Source of the DNA: Syntrophobacterales bacterium
GTDB lineage: Bacteria > Desulfobacterota > Desulfobaccia > Desulfobaccales > 0-14-0-80-60-11
Reading direction: 5' to 3'
Length of the DNA stretch: 64,000 nucleotides
Assembly (NCBI GenBank): GCA_023512475.1
Contig: JAILZL010000008.1
Location: 5,784-69,783 of the forward strand
Position 1 is the first letter of the stretch; each line of letters starts with the position of its first letter. Both the position numbers and the translations under genes were made by a program. The notes beneath the pieces are model-generated. The model was not told where the DNA came from and searched no databases. It was given only the letters and a program-made list of their open reading frames with translations. Positions 1-10,533 of the stretch are shown here, piece after piece.

Positions 1-266
1 AGGGCAAGACCGGCAAGATCCTCAAGGTCCTGCGGGAAAAGAACCGGGTGCTGGTGGAAAAGGTGAATCTCATCAAGCGCCACACCCGGCCCAGCCCCCA
101 GACCGGTCAGGGCGGCATCGTGGAGAAGGAGGCACCCCTGCATGTCTCCAACGTCATGCTCATCTGCCCCAAATGCGCCACCGCCACCCGCTTCCGCCTG
201 ACGGTGACCGGAGAGGGCAAGAAGGCCCGGGTCTGCCGGAAGTGCAAGGAGCTCATCGATGGCTGA
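1..266 (+). CDS. rplX: 50S ribosomal protein L24 (5' partial; start is upstream of window)
   Basis: Open in frame from window edge ([27 protein letters not shown]...[13 protein letters not shown]). KOW-type L24 sequence directly upstream of rplE. Confidence 0.9.
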   Translation, partial: GKTGKILKVLREKNRVLVEKVNLIKRHTRPSPQTGQGGIVEKEAPLHVSNVMLICPKCATATRFRLTVTGEGKKARVCRKCKELIDG

Positions 267-882
267 GAAAGGCGCCAAAAAGGCCGCCCCGGCGGCCAAG
301 AAACCGGCGGCGGCCCCCACGGGGCAGCGGCCCCTGCGCATCAAACCCCGGCTGCTGGACTACTACCGGGAGGTGGTGGTCCCCCGGATGATGCAGGAGT
401 TCCGCTACCAGAGCCCCATGCAGGTCCCCAAGCTGGAAAAGATCGTCATCAACATGGGGCTGGGGGAGGCCATCCAGAACATCAAGATCCTGGAGTCGGC
501 CCAGGCGGAGCTGGCCGCCATCACCGGCCAGAAACCCGTGGTCACCCGGGCCCGGCGCTCCATCGCCGCCTTCAAGCTCCGGGAGGGCATGCCCATCGGC
601 TGCATGGTGACCTTGAGGAAGGACCGCATGTACGCCTTCCTGGACAAGCTGATGAACGTGGTCCTGCCCCGGGTGCGGGACTTCCGGGGCGTGAGCGACA
701 AGGGCTTCGACGGCCGGGGCAACTACACCCTGGGCATCCGGGAGCAGATCATCTTCCCGGAGATCGACTACGACAAGATCGACAAGATCAAAGGCATGAA
801 CATCACCATCGTCACCACCGCGGGCACCGACGCGGAAGGCAAACACCTGTTGTCCCTGCTGGGCATGCCGTTCAGGAGATAG
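259..882 (+). CDS. rplE: 50S ribosomal protein L5
   Basis: 207 aa. [18 protein letters not shown]...ITIVTTA core typical of L5. Carries an Ala/Lys/Pro-rich N-terminal extension. Overlaps the rplX stop. Confidence 0.95.
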   Translation: MAEKGAKKAAPAAKKPAAAPTGQRPLRIKPRLLDYYREVVVPRMMQEFRYQSPMQVPKLEKIVINMGLGEAIQNIKILESAQAELAAITGQKPVVTRARRSIAAFKLREGMPIGCMVTLRKDRMYAFLDKLMNVVLPRVRDFRGVSDKGFDGRGNYTLGIREQIIFPEIDYDKIDKIKGMNITIVTTAGTDAEGKHLLSLLGMPFRR

Positions 883-883
883 G

Positions 884-1069
884 ATGGCCAAGAAATCCCT
901 CATCGCCAAGGCCAAGCGGCCCCCCAAGTTTGCGGTCCGGGCCTACCATCGCTGCCCCTTGTGCGGGCGACCCCGGGCTTTTTTGCGGAAGTTCGGCATC
1001 TGCCGCATCTGCTTCCGCACCATGGCCCTCAAGGGGGAGATCCCCGGGGTCATCAAGTCCAGTTGGTGA
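884..1069 (+). CDS. rpsN: 30S ribosomal protein S14, zinc-binding type Z
   Basis: 61 aa with CPLCGRP...CRIC Cys4 motif and C-terminal KSSW. Lies between rplE and rpsH. Confidence 0.95.
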   Translation: MAKKSLIAKAKRPPKFAVRAYHRCPLCGRPRAFLRKFGICRICFRTMALKGEIPGVIKSSW

Positions 1070-1083
1070 GGAGGAAGCCGCTT

Positions 1084-1482
1084 ATGAGTATGACCGACCC
1101 CCTCGCCGATATGCTGACCCGCATCCGCAATGCCGGCCACGCGGGCTTTGACAAGGTGGACATTCCCGCCTCCCGCATGAAGATCGCCTTGGCCCGCATC
1201 TTCAAGGATGAGGGCTACATCAAGAATTACAAGGTGATCAAGGACAACCGCCAGGGGATCTTGCGGGTCTATCTGAAGTATGACGAACACCAGAAGCCGC
1301 TCATCCAGGGGATCGAGCGGGTGAGCCGGCCGGGCTGCCGGGTCTACCGGGGCTGGCAGGAGCTCCCCCGGGTCCAGGGAGGCCTGGGGGTGGCGGTGGT
1401 GTCCACCAACAAGGGCGTCCTCACCGACCGCCAGGCCCGCAAGCTCAAGGTGGGCGGCGAAGTCTTGTGCCAGATCTGGTAA
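1084..1482 (+). CDS. rpsH: 30S ribosomal protein S8
   Basis: ORF 961..1482 trimmed to the ATG at 1084 ([17 protein letters not shown]...), the canonical S8 N-terminus. Confidence 0.95.
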   Translation: MSMTDPLADMLTRIRNAGHAGFDKVDIPASRMKIALARIFKDEGYIKNYKVIKDNRQGILRVYLKYDEHQKPLIQGIERVSRPGCRVYRGWQELPRVQGGLGVAVVSTNKGVLTDRQARKLKVGGEVLCQIW

Positions 1483-1492
1483 GGGGACCGCT

Positions 1493-2035
1493 ATGTCGCG
1501 CATCGGCAAGAAACCCATCCCCCTGCCCGCAGGGGTGAAGATCACGCTTAAGGACGGCACCTTGACGGTGTCCGGGGCTTTGGGCACCCTCAGCCGGCCC
1601 CTGCCGCCCCGGGTGCGTCTGGAAGTGGGCGACGCCGAGGCCCGGGTGGTGCCGGTGGACGACAGCCGCCTGAGCCGGGCCGCCTGGGGACTGGCCCGCA
1701 CCCTGGTGAACAATATGGTGGTGGGGGTCTCCCAGGGCTTCACCAAGGTGCTGGAGATCGTGGGCACCGGCTACAAGGTGGAGTCCAAGGGCGACACCCT
1801 GAGCTTCAGCCTGGGCTACTCCCGGCCGGTGGAATTTCCCCTCCCCCCCGGCATCAGCGCCCAGGTGCTGGAGAAGGGCACCCGGGTGGAGCTCAAGGGC
1901 TTCGACAAGGAGCAGTTGGGCCAGACCTGCGCCAACCTGCGGGCCCTGCGGCCGCCGGATGCCTACAAGGGCAAAGGGGTGCGCCTGCAGGGCGAACGGC
2001 TGCGCAAGAAGGTGGGCAAGGCCGGCGGCCGGTAA
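1493..2035 (+). CDS. rplF: 50S ribosomal protein L6
   Basis: [17 protein letters not shown]...GYSRPVEF...PDAYKGKGV, typical of L6. Operon position fits. Confidence 0.95.
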   Translation: MSRIGKKPIPLPAGVKITLKDGTLTVSGALGTLSRPLPPRVRLEVGDAEARVVPVDDSRLSRAAWGLARTLVNNMVVGVSQGFTKVLEIVGTGYKVESKGDTLSFSLGYSRPVEFPLPPGISAQVLEKGTRVELKGFDKEQLGQTCANLRALRPPDAYKGKGVRLQGERLRKKVGKAGGR

Positions 2036-2100
2036 GGGATAAGGGTGCCAGACCGGGGGCCCCCAGACCGGGCTTCCCGGGGTGAGGATAAGGACGGACT

Positions 2101-2469
2101 ATGGGCAAGACCAATCTCAGGCTGGCGATGCGCCTCAAACGCAAGCGGCGCATCCGCCGCAAGATCAGCGGCACTCCGGAGCGCCCCCGGCTGAGCGTCT
2201 TTCGGAGCGCCCGCCATATCTACGGTCAGATCATTGACGACACCCGGGGCCTCACCCTGGCGGCGGCCTCCACCCTGAGCCCGGAGCTGAAAGACCAGCT
2301 TGCCGGCCTCAAGAAGGTGGAGGCGGCCAAGCTGGTGGGCCGGCTGCTGGCGGAGAAAGCCCGCCAGGCGGGGGTGGAGCGGGTGATCTTCGACCGCAAC
2401 GGCTTTCTCTACCACGGCCGGGTGAAAGCCCTGGCCGACAGCGCCCGGGAACACGGGCTCATCTTTTAG
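2101..2469 (+). CDS. rplR: 50S ribosomal protein L18
   Basis: [18 protein letters not shown]...[24 protein letters not shown]. Confidence 0.95.
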   Translation: MGKTNLRLAMRLKRKRRIRRKISGTPERPRLSVFRSARHIYGQIIDDTRGLTLAAASTLSPELKDQLAGLKKVEAAKLVGRLLAEKARQAGVERVIFDRNGFLYHGRVKALADSAREHGLIF

Positions 2470-2538
2470 CGAACTTTTGGGTGGCGGGCGTCGCGCCGGC
2501 CGGCGGACGGTTCCCTCAGGAGACAGAAGGAGAACGGC

Positions 2539-3090
2539 ATGGCAACACCCCGGCGAAGCGCCCCCACGGCCCCGAGGGAGGCAGGTTTGTTCGAGAACCA
2601 CGAGGTATCCGAGGCACAACTCATCGACAAGGTGGTGAGCATCAACCGGGTCGCCAAGGTGGTGAAAGGCGGCCGGCGGTTTCGCTTCAGCGCCGTGGTG
2701 GTGGTGGGGGACGGCCAGGGCCGGGTGGGGGCCGGCCTGGGCAAGGCCCAGGAAGTGCCGGAGGCCATCCGCAAGGCCATGGAGCAGGCCAAGAAGAACA
2801 TGATCCGCATTCCCATCATCAACAACACCATCCCCTACATGGTGACGGGGGAATACGGCTCCGGGCGGGTGCTGCTTCGCCCCGCGGCGGAAGGCACCGG
2901 GGTCATCGCCGGCGGCCCGGTGCGGGCGGTGGTGGAGGTGGCCGGCATCAAGAACGTGCTCACCAAGTGCATCGGGTCCCACAACCCCCACAACGCCGTC
3001 AAGGCCACCCTGGAGGCCCTGCGCCAGCTGGCGGCGCCGGAAGAGGTGGCCCAGCGGCGTAACAAGCCCCTGCCCGAAATTCTGGCGTAA
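2539..3090 (+). CDS. rpsE: 30S ribosomal protein S5
   Basis: [39 protein letters not shown] motif. Confidence 0.95.
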   Translation: MATPRRSAPTAPREAGLFENHEVSEAQLIDKVVSINRVAKVVKGGRRFRFSAVVVVGDGQGRVGAGLGKAQEVPEAIRKAMEQAKKNMIRIPIINNTIPYMVTGEYGSGRVLLRPAAEGTGVIAGGPVRAVVEVAGIKNVLTKCIGSHNPHNAVKATLEALRQLAAPEEVAQRRNKPLPEILA

Positions 3091-3175
3091 AAGGCGGGCC
3101 CAACGCCCCCGGAGGCGCAGGGAGGAAAGGCCGGCCCCCTCCGTCAGGAGTAGGACGCGGCCTTGAAGGAAGGCG

Positions 3176-3388
3176 ATGACCATGATGCTGGAAATCACCC
3201 TGAAGAAAAGCCCCATCGGCCGAGTGCCGGCGCACCGCAAGACGGTCCGGGCCCTGGGGCTCACGAAACTGAATAAGACGGTGCGGCTGAAGGAGACCCC
3301 GGCCATCCGGGGGATGGTCCGGCAGGTGGGCTACCTGGTGGAGGTGCGCCGGGTGCCGACACAGGAGTCAAGCCATGAAGTTGGATGA
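3176..3388 (+). CDS. rpmD: 50S ribosomal protein L30
   Basis: [32 protein letters not shown]. Start could be an internal Met (3185). The 3' end overlaps rplO. Confidence 0.85.
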   Translation: MTMMLEITLKKSPIGRVPAHRKTVRALGLTKLNKTVRLKETPAIRGMVRQVGYLVEVRRVPTQESSHEVG

Positions 3389-3815
3389 ACTGTTTCCGGC
3401 CCCGGGGGCCAGGCGCCCCAAGAAGCGGGTCGGGCGGGGGCCCTCCTCCGGCAGCGGCAAGACCGGCGGCCGGGGCACCAAAGGCCAGCGCTCCCGGGCC
3501 GGGGGCGGGGTGCGGCCGGGTTTTGAAGGCGGGCAGATGCCCCTCATCCGGCGCCTCCCGAAGCGGGGTTTCACCAATATCTTCGGGCAGGACTTCAAGG
3601 TGGTGAACCTGAGGGACCTGACACGCTTCGCCCCGGAGAGCGTGGTGGATGAAGAGGCCCTGCGCCGGGCCGGCCTGGTGAAGGGCACCGGCGGCCGCAT
3701 CAAGCTTTTGGGCCAGGGGGAGGTCACTCAGCCCCTGACCGTGCGGGTGCATGTGGTGAGCGCCCAGGCCCGGGCCAAGATCGAGGCGGCCGGCGGCAAG
3801 GTGGAGGTCGTGTAG
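3375..3815 (+). CDS. rplO: 50S ribosomal protein L15
   Basis: [37 protein letters not shown], typical of L15. Confidence 0.95.
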   Translation: MKLDELFPAPGARRPKKRVGRGPSSGSGKTGGRGTKGQRSRAGGGVRPGFEGGQMPLIRRLPKRGFTNIFGQDFKVVNLRDLTRFAPESVVDEEALRRAGLVKGTGGRIKLLGQGEVTQPLTVRVHVVSAQARAKIEAAGGKVEVV

Positions 3816-3816
3816 C

Positions 3817-5133
3817 TTGGCCAGCGGCTTGTACAACATCGGCAAGATCCCGGAGCTGAAGCGGCGCATCCTCTTCACGCTCCTGATGCTGGCCGTCTAT
3901 CGCATCGGCTGCTTCATCCCCACCCCGGGGATCGACGCCGAAGCCCTGATGGCCTTTTTCGCCCGGCAGCAGCGCACCATCTTCGGGCTCTTCGACATGT
4001 TCTCCGGGGGCGCCCTGGAGCGCCTGAGCGTCTTCGCCCTGGGGATCATGCCCTATATCAGCGCCGCCATCATCATGGAGCTCCTCAAGGTGGTCATTCC
4101 GGCCATCGACAAGCTCTATAAAGAGGGCGAAGCGGGCATCAAGAAGATCAAGCAGTACACCCGCTACGGCACCGTCATCATCGCCGCCATCCAGGCCCTG
4201 GGGATCAGCATCGCCCTGGAAGGCATGGGTGGCCTGGAGGGCGGCGCCGGCGCCCCGGTGGTGGCCCATCCGGGCTGGGCCTTCCGCCTCCTGACCATCA
4301 TCACCCTCACCAGCGGCACCGCCTTCATTATGTGGCAGGGGGAGATGATCACCGAGCGGGGCATCGGCAACGGCATCAGCCTCATCATCTTTGCCGGCAT
4401 CGTGGCCCGGCTGCCCTCGGCCATCATCAAAAGCGGTGAGCTCATCCGGGCCGGGGAGCTCTCCCCCTTGGTGATGCTCCTTTTGGTCCTCATGATGATC
4501 GCGGTGGTGGGGGCCATCGTCTTTGTGGAGCGGGGCCAGCGCCGCATTCCGGTGCAGTACGCCCGCCGGGTGGTGGGCCGGCGCATGCTGGGGGGCCAGA
4601 CCACCCACCTGCCCCTGAAGCTCAACGTCTCCGGCGTCATCCCGCCCATCTTCGCCTCCTCCCTGCTGATGTTTCCCGCCACCATCAGCAGCTTTATCCG
4701 GGTGGAATGGGTGAAAAATATCGTGGACGCCATCACCCCGGGGCACGTGCTGCATGATGTCCTGTATGTGGCCCTGATCATCTTTTTCTGCTATTTCTAC
4801 ACCGCGGTGACCTTCAACCCGGTGGATGTGGCGGAGAACCTGAAGAAGTGGGGCGGTTATATTCCCGGGATCCGGCCGGGGCGCTCCACCGCGGATTACC
4901 TGGACCGCATCCTCTCGCGCCTGACCTTGAGCGGGGCGCTCTATGTGTCGGCGGTGTGCGTGCTGCCCACCATCCTCATCGCCCGTTTCAACGTGCCCTT
5001 TTACTTCGGCGGCACCGCGCTTCTCATCGTGGTGGGGGTGGCCATGGACACCATGGCCCAGATCGAGTCGCATATGCTCACCCGTCATTACGAGGGGTTT
5101 ATGAAAAAACGCTTAGGCCGGGTACGGCGCTGA
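3817..5133 (+). CDS. secY: preprotein translocase subunit SecY
   Basis: 438 aa multi-TM protein (IPELKRRILFTLLMLAVYRIG...GIMPYISA). TTG start one nt after the rplO stop. Confidence 0.95.
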   Translation: MASGLYNIGKIPELKRRILFTLLMLAVYRIGCFIPTPGIDAEALMAFFARQQRTIFGLFDMFSGGALERLSVFALGIMPYISAAIIMELLKVVIPAIDKLYKEGEAGIKKIKQYTRYGTVIIAAIQALGISIALEGMGGLEGGAGAPVVAHPGWAFRLLTIITLTSGTAFIMWQGEMITERGIGNGISLIIFAGIVARLPSAIIKSGELIRAGELSPLVMLLLVLMMIAVVGAIVFVERGQRRIPVQYARRVVGRRMLGGQTTHLPLKLNVSGVIPPIFASSLLMFPATISSFIRVEWVKNIVDAITPGHVLHDVLYVALIIFFCYFYTAVTFNPVDVAENLKKWGGYIPGIRPGRSTADYLDRILSRLTLSGALYVSAVCVLPTILIARFNVPFYFGGTALLIVVGVAMDTMAQIESHMLTRHYEGFMKKRLGRVRR

Positions 5134-5793
<660 letters not shown>

Positions 5794-5863
5794 GACGGGA
5801 AGCACACCGCGCCGGCGGCCGCCCGGGGCCGGGGAAGCCACCCGCGGCCGCCGCCGGAGCAAT

Positions 5864-6610
5864 ATGATCCTGTTGAAATCACCCGCCGAGATCGCCAAGA
5901 TGGAGGCGGCCAGCCGGATTGTGGCCGAGATCCTGGCGGAGATCCAGACCCGGGTGAAGCCCGGGGTGGAGACCCGGGAGCTGGACGAACTGGCGGAGGA
6001 GCTCTGCCGCCGCCACCGGGTGGAGCCGGCCTTCAAGGGCTACCGGGGCTACCCCGCCTCCATCTGCGTCTCGGTGAACGACGAGGTGGTGCACGGCATT
6101 CCGGGCCGCCGCAAGCTCAAGGCCGGCGATCTGGTGAGCCTGGACTTCGGGGTGCGCCGGGACGGCTACTACGGCGACGCCGCCGTGACCCTGGCGGTGG
6201 GGGAAGTGACCCCCCAGGCCCGGCTGCTGCTCCAGGCCACGGAGGAGTCCCTCTACGCCGCCATCGATAAGGCCCGGCCGGGAAACCGCCTGTCGGATCT
6301 GTCCCACGCCACCCAGACGGTGGTGGAATCCTACGGCTTTTCGGTGATCCGGCAGTTTGTGGGGCACGGCATCGGCCGCTCCCTGCATGAGGACCCCCAG
6401 ATACCCAACTTCGGGCCGCCGGGACGGGGGCCGATCCTCAAGCCGGGCATGACCCTGGCCATCGAGCCCATGACCGCGGCGGGGTCCTGGGAGGTGAAGA
6501 TCCTGGCCGACGGCTGGACCGCGGTGACCCAGGACGGCTCCCTGGCGGCCCACTTCGAGCACACGGTGGCGGTGACGGAACAGGGCCCCTTGATTTTGAG
6601 TAGAATTTAG
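5864..6610 (+). CDS. map: type I methionine aminopeptidase
   Basis: ORF 5609..6610 trimmed to the ATG at 5864 (MILLKSPAEIAKM...). Contains HGIP, D..V.LD and FVGHGIG metal-site motifs. Confidence 0.9.
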   Translation: MILLKSPAEIAKMEAASRIVAEILAEIQTRVKPGVETRELDELAEELCRRHRVEPAFKGYRGYPASICVSVNDEVVHGIPGRRKLKAGDLVSLDFGVRRDGYYGDAAVTLAVGEVTPQARLLLQATEESLYAAIDKARPGNRLSDLSHATQTVVESYGFSVIRQFVGHGIGRSLHEDPQIPNFGPPGRGPILKPGMTLAIEPMTAAGSWEVKILADGWTAVTQDGSLAAHFEHTVAVTEQGPLILSRI

Positions 6611-6698
6611 GATAACTTAACCTGATGGGCGCCACAGCCCAACATCAGACCCGTGCCACCGGCCGCCCGGCGGGGGCCAAGCCCTCCCGGGGGCCCCA

Positions 6699-6926
6699 TT
6701 GAGCCAGATGCCCAAAGAAGACGCCATTGAAGTGGAAGGCAAGGTCATCGAACCCTTGCCCAACGCCATGTTCCGGGTGGAACTGCCCAACGGGCATCGC
6801 GTCCTGGCCCACATCTCCGGGAAGATGCGCATGCATTACATCAAGATCCTCCCGGGAGACAAGGTCATCGTGGAGCTGTCCCCCTACGATCTGAACCGGG
6901 GGCGCATCGTCTATCGGGTGAAATGA
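6699..6926 (+). CDS. infA: translation initiation factor IF-1
   Basis: [39 protein letters not shown]...S1-like fold sequence. Confidence 0.95.
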   Translation: MSQMPKEDAIEVEGKVIEPLPNAMFRVELPNGHRVLAHISGKMRMHYIKILPGDKVIVELSPYDLNRGRIVYRVK

Positions 6927-7020
6927 GGCGGGGACCGACTCCGCCCGGCGGTCGCCCCGGGGCTCAGGTGCCGCCGGGAGGGGTCGGCGGGCGCCTCCGG
7001 GCGGGAAGAGGGATGGAGCC

Positions 7021-7134
7021 ATGAAAGTGAAACCCTCAGTGAAAAAGATCTGTGTCAAATGCAAGATTATCAAACGCAAGGGCGTGGTGCGGGTGATCTG
7101 TGAGAACCCCAAGCACAAGCAGCGCCAGGGTTAA
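7021..7134 (+). CDS. rpmJ: 50S ribosomal protein L36 (zinc form)
   Basis: Not in the ORF track (37 aa). My translation is [37 protein letters not shown], followed by a stop. Confidence 0.9.
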   Translation: MKVKPSVKKICVKCKIIKRKGVVRVICENPKHKQRQG

Positions 7135-7149
7135 AGCGGAGGACGGACG

Positions 7150-7524
7150 TTGGCCAGAATAGCCGGCATTGACCTGCCCCGGAACAAGCGGATTGAGATC
7201 GCCCTGACCTACATCTACGGCATCGGCAGCACCACGGCGGCCCGGGTGCTGCGGGAGGCGGGGGTGGACCCCGGCATCAAGACCGGGGAGCTCACCGATG
7301 CCCAGATCACCGCCATCCGTCAGGTCATCGACTCCACCTGCAAGGTGGAGGGGGACCTGAGGCGGGAAGTCTCCATGAACATCAAGCGCCTCATGGACCT
7401 GGGGTGCTACCGGGGCTTGAGGCACCGCCGGGGCCTGCCGGTCCGGGGCCAGCGCACCCACACCAACGCCCGCACCCGCAAGGGCCCCCGGCGCAGCGTG
7501 GTGGGCAAACGCAAGAAAGGATAA
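7150..7524 (+). CDS. rpsM: 30S ribosomal protein S13
   Basis: [29 protein letters not shown] start. Confidence 0.95.
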   Translation: MARIAGIDLPRNKRIEIALTYIYGIGSTTAARVLREAGVDPGIKTGELTDAQITAIRQVIDSTCKVEGDLRREVSMNIKRLMDLGCYRGLRHRRGLPVRGQRTHTNARTRKGPRRSVVGKRKKG

Positions 7525-7533
7525 GGGAGAGGT

Positions 7534-7926
7534 ATGGCCAAGCGACCGTCAGGCCCCCGCAAAAAGAAGGAAAAGAAAAACGTGCCCGTGGGCGTGGTGC
7601 ACATCAAGGCCACCTTCAACAACACCCTGGTGACCATCACCGACCCGGCGGGTAACGTGGTGTCCTGGTCCTCGGCCGGGGTGCAGGGCTTCAAGGGCTC
7701 CCGCAAAGGCACGCCCTTCGCGGCGCAGCTGGCGGCCACCGATGCGGCCAAGAAGGCCATGGAACACGGCATGCGCACCGTGGACGTCCTGGTCAAAGGG
7801 CCGGGCTCGGGCCGGGAGGCGGCCATCCGGGCCATCCAGGCCGCGGGGCTGCAGGTGAGTCTCATCCGGGACGTCAGCCCCATCCCCCACAACGGCTGCC
7901 GCCCGCCCAAACGCCGTCGAGTCTAA
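7534..7926 (+). CDS. rpsK: 30S ribosomal protein S11
   Basis: [22 protein letters not shown]...[20 protein letters not shown]. Confidence 0.95.
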   Translation: MAKRPSGPRKKKEKKNVPVGVVHIKATFNNTLVTITDPAGNVVSWSSAGVQGFKGSRKGTPFAAQLAATDAAKKAMEHGMRTVDVLVKGPGSGREAAIRAIQAAGLQVSLIRDVSPIPHNGCRPPKRRRV

Positions 7927-7944
7927 GGAAAGAGGAGAAGCACC

Positions 7945-8571
7945 TTGGCACGATACACCGGACCCAGTTGCCGGCTCTGCCGCCGGGAACGCATGGAACT
8001 CTATCTCAAGGGCGACCGCTGTTACACCGACAAGTGCGCCATCAAACGCCGCAACACCCCTCCGGGCATGCACGGCGCCGGGCGGGCCAAGATCTCCGAT
8101 TATGGCCTGCAATTGCGGGAGAAGCAGCGGGTCAAGCGCATGTACGGGGTTCTGGAGAAGCAGTTCCGGGGGTACTTCGAGCAGGCGGAGCGCATGAAAG
8201 GGGTCACCGGTACCAATCTCTTGGTGCTCCTGGAGCGCCGTCTGGACAACGTCACCTACCGGCTGGGATTCGCCAATTCCCGGGCCCAGGCCCGGCAACT
8301 GGTGCGCCACAACCACATCCTGGTGAACGGCCAGCGGGTGAACCTGCCCTCGTACCTGGTCAAGGTGGGGGATGTCATTGAGGTGGCGGAACGCAGCCGT
8401 TCCCTGGCGGTCATCCGGGACGCCCTGGAAGCCGTGGCCCGGCGGGGGGTGCCCCAGTGGCTGGACCTGGACAAGGAGGCGGCCCGGGGCCGTGTCAGCA
8501 TGCTGCCCACCCGGGAAGACATCACCATGCCCATCCAGGAGCATCTCATCGTTGAGCTCTACTCCAAGTAA
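7945..8571 (+). CDS. rpsD: 30S ribosomal protein S4
   Basis: [15 protein letters not shown]...[11 protein letters not shown]...S4 domain. TTG start. Confidence 0.95.
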   Translation: MARYTGPSCRLCRRERMELYLKGDRCYTDKCAIKRRNTPPGMHGAGRAKISDYGLQLREKQRVKRMYGVLEKQFRGYFEQAERMKGVTGTNLLVLLERRLDNVTYRLGFANSRAQARQLVRHNHILVNGQRVNLPSYLVKVGDVIEVAERSRSLAVIRDALEAVARRGVPQWLDLDKEAARGRVSMLPTREDITMPIQEHLIVELYSK

Positions 8572-8668
8572 CCCGGCCCGGCCGGCCGCGGCGGGCGGGA
8601 ACAGGGTGCCGGTTTAGAGGCCGGCTCCGGTTTGTGCGCCACCGCCACGCTATCCATCTCGAGGGGCC

Positions 8669-9682
8669 ATGATTCAGAAAAACTGGACCGAGCTCATTAA
8701 ACCCAAGCGCCTGGAAGTCGACCACGACACCCTCACCAGCACCTACGGCAAGTTCGCCTGCGAGCCGCTGGAGCGGGGTTTTGGCACCACCTTGGGCAAC
8801 GCCTTGCGCCGGGTGCTGTTGTCGTCCCTCAGGGGGGCCGCCATCACCGGGGTCCTGATCCGGGATGTGTACCATGAGTTTTCCGCCCTCCCCGGGGTGC
8901 TGGAGGATGTGACGGAAATCCTCCTCAACCTCAAGCAGGTGCGCCTGAAATTTCTCTCCGACGGCGTCAAGACCCTGCGGTTGGAGGCCCGGGGCGAGGG
9001 CCGGGTCACCGCCGGGCAGATCATCACCGACGGCACGGTGGAGATCCTCAACCCCGATCTGCACTTAGCCACCTTGTCCACGGACGGCCAGCTCATCATG
9101 GAGATGGTCGCCAAGAGCGGCAAGGGCTATGTGCCGGCGGAGGCCAACAAGGAAGAGAATCAGCCGGTGGGCTTCATCCCCCTGGATGCCAGCTTTTCGC
9201 CCATCCGCAAGGTCAACTATGTGGTGACCCAGGCCCGGGTGGGACAGCGCACCGACTACGACAAGCTCACCCTGGAGGTGTGGACCGACGGCAGCGTCAC
9301 CCCGGAAAACGCCATCGCCTACGCCGCCAAGATCCTGAAGGACCAGCTCACCCTGTTCATCAACTACCCGGAAGAGCCGGAGCGGCTGGAGGAAAAGCCG
9401 GCGGAGGAGCAGCCGCTCCTCAATGAAAACCTCTACCGGCCGGTGACGGAGCTGGAGCTGTCGGTCCGGGCCGCCAACTGCCTGCGGAACGCCAACATCC
9501 GCTACATCGGCGAGCTGGTCCAGAAGACCGAGCAGGAGATGCTCAAGACCAAGAACTTCGGGCGCAAGTCCCTCAATGAAATCAAGGAGATCCTCCAGGA
9601 GATGGGTCTGAGCCTGGGCATGAAGCTGGAAAACTTCGTGCCCCCGGACCAGATGCCGGAGAGGAAGGAAGAGACCCCATGA
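8669..9682 (+). CDS. rpoA: DNA-directed RNA polymerase subunit alpha
   Basis: 337 aa. [17 protein letters not shown] in the N-terminal domain and [17 protein letters not shown] in the C-terminal domain. Confidence 0.95.
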   Translation: MIQKNWTELIKPKRLEVDHDTLTSTYGKFACEPLERGFGTTLGNALRRVLLSSLRGAAITGVLIRDVYHEFSALPGVLEDVTEILLNLKQVRLKFLSDGVKTLRLEARGEGRVTAGQIITDGTVEILNPDLHLATLSTDGQLIMEMVAKSGKGYVPAEANKEENQPVGFIPLDASFSPIRKVNYVVTQARVGQRTDYDKLTLEVWTDGSVTPENAIAYAAKILKDQLTLFINYPEEPERLEEKPAEEQPLLNENLYRPVTELELSVRAANCLRNANIRYIGELVQKTEQEMLKTKNFGRKSLNEIKEILQEMGLSLGMKLENFVPPDQMPERKEETP

Positions 9683-10074
9683 GACACCTGAAAGCCGGCC
9701 GGCGCCTGAAACGGACCACGGAGCACCGCCAGGCCATGCTCCGCAACCTCATCACCTCCCTCATGGAGCATGAGCGGGTGCAGACCACGGTGCCCAAGGC
9801 CAAGGAGGCCCGCAAATGGGCCGAGAGGATCATCACCCTGGCCAAGCGGGGGGATCTGCACGCCAAACGGCAGTCCCTCCAGGTGATCCGCACCAAAAAG
9901 GCCTTCGTGAAACTCTTCGGGGAGCTCAAGGAGCGCTACCAGGCCCGGGAAGGCGGCTACACCCGCATCATCCCCCTGGGCCCCCGGCGGGGGGACGGGG
10001 CGGAGCTGGCCCTCCTGGAGCTGGTGGGCCGCCCGGAGGAGCTGCCCAAGAAAAAGAAAAAGGCCGCCGGCTGA
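9679..10074 (+). CDS. rplQ: 50S ribosomal protein L17
   Basis: [28 protein letters not shown] overlap with rpoA. Confidence 0.95.
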   Translation: MRHLKAGRRLKRTTEHRQAMLRNLITSLMEHERVQTTVPKAKEARKWAERIITLAKRGDLHAKRQSLQVIRTKKAFVKLFGELKERYQAREGGYTRIIPLGPRRGDGAELALLELVGRPEELPKKKKKAAG

Positions 10075-10102
10075 ACTCCTTACGGCCCGGTGATCCGGTC
10101 CT

Positions 10103-10128
10103 GCAGCCCCTCCGGGGCTGCTTTTTTT
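10103..10128 (+). terminator. intrinsic terminator after rplQ
   Basis: GCAGCCCC-tccg-GGGCTGC hairpin followed by TTTTTTT. Confidence 0.75.
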
Positions 10129-10533
10129 GTCCGCTGGCAGGCCCTGCCCGGTTCTGCGGGAGAGGCGCAGCCACCGCCTGGGCGACTCCCGGCGCCTCGC
10201 CCGCACCGGCACCGCCGGCCGGGAAGGGCGAGGGGGGCGGGTCCTCCCTCGCGCCTCCCGGATCTGTCCACGCACTTCCATAGCGTGACAATTTTCTCAT
10301 ACAGAGTGAAAAAATGGTTGACAGCCCCGCCCCGGTGTATTAACCTGCCCCAAATCGCACGCATCCAAGTTCTGAGCCTCATCCGCGGTCGCCTGCGCCA
10401 GCAGGGCGATGGCACGCAAGACTGAAGTCAGCCTGACAACGCAAGTTCCGGCGCATCCTTGGCCACATGGGCCTGGTGGGGACGGTGAGGCTTCCCGTCC
10501 CTTCGGCGATGACCCTCAACCAAGGAGGTTCTC

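Noticed and set aside
7946-7961. TGGCAC hexamers as sigma-54 -24 elements (7946-7951 and 10410-10415)
   Set aside because: Neither has TTGC at the -12 position (N5 spacing). The first is the rpsD start region (cTTGGCACGA = start codon plus the codons that follow it).
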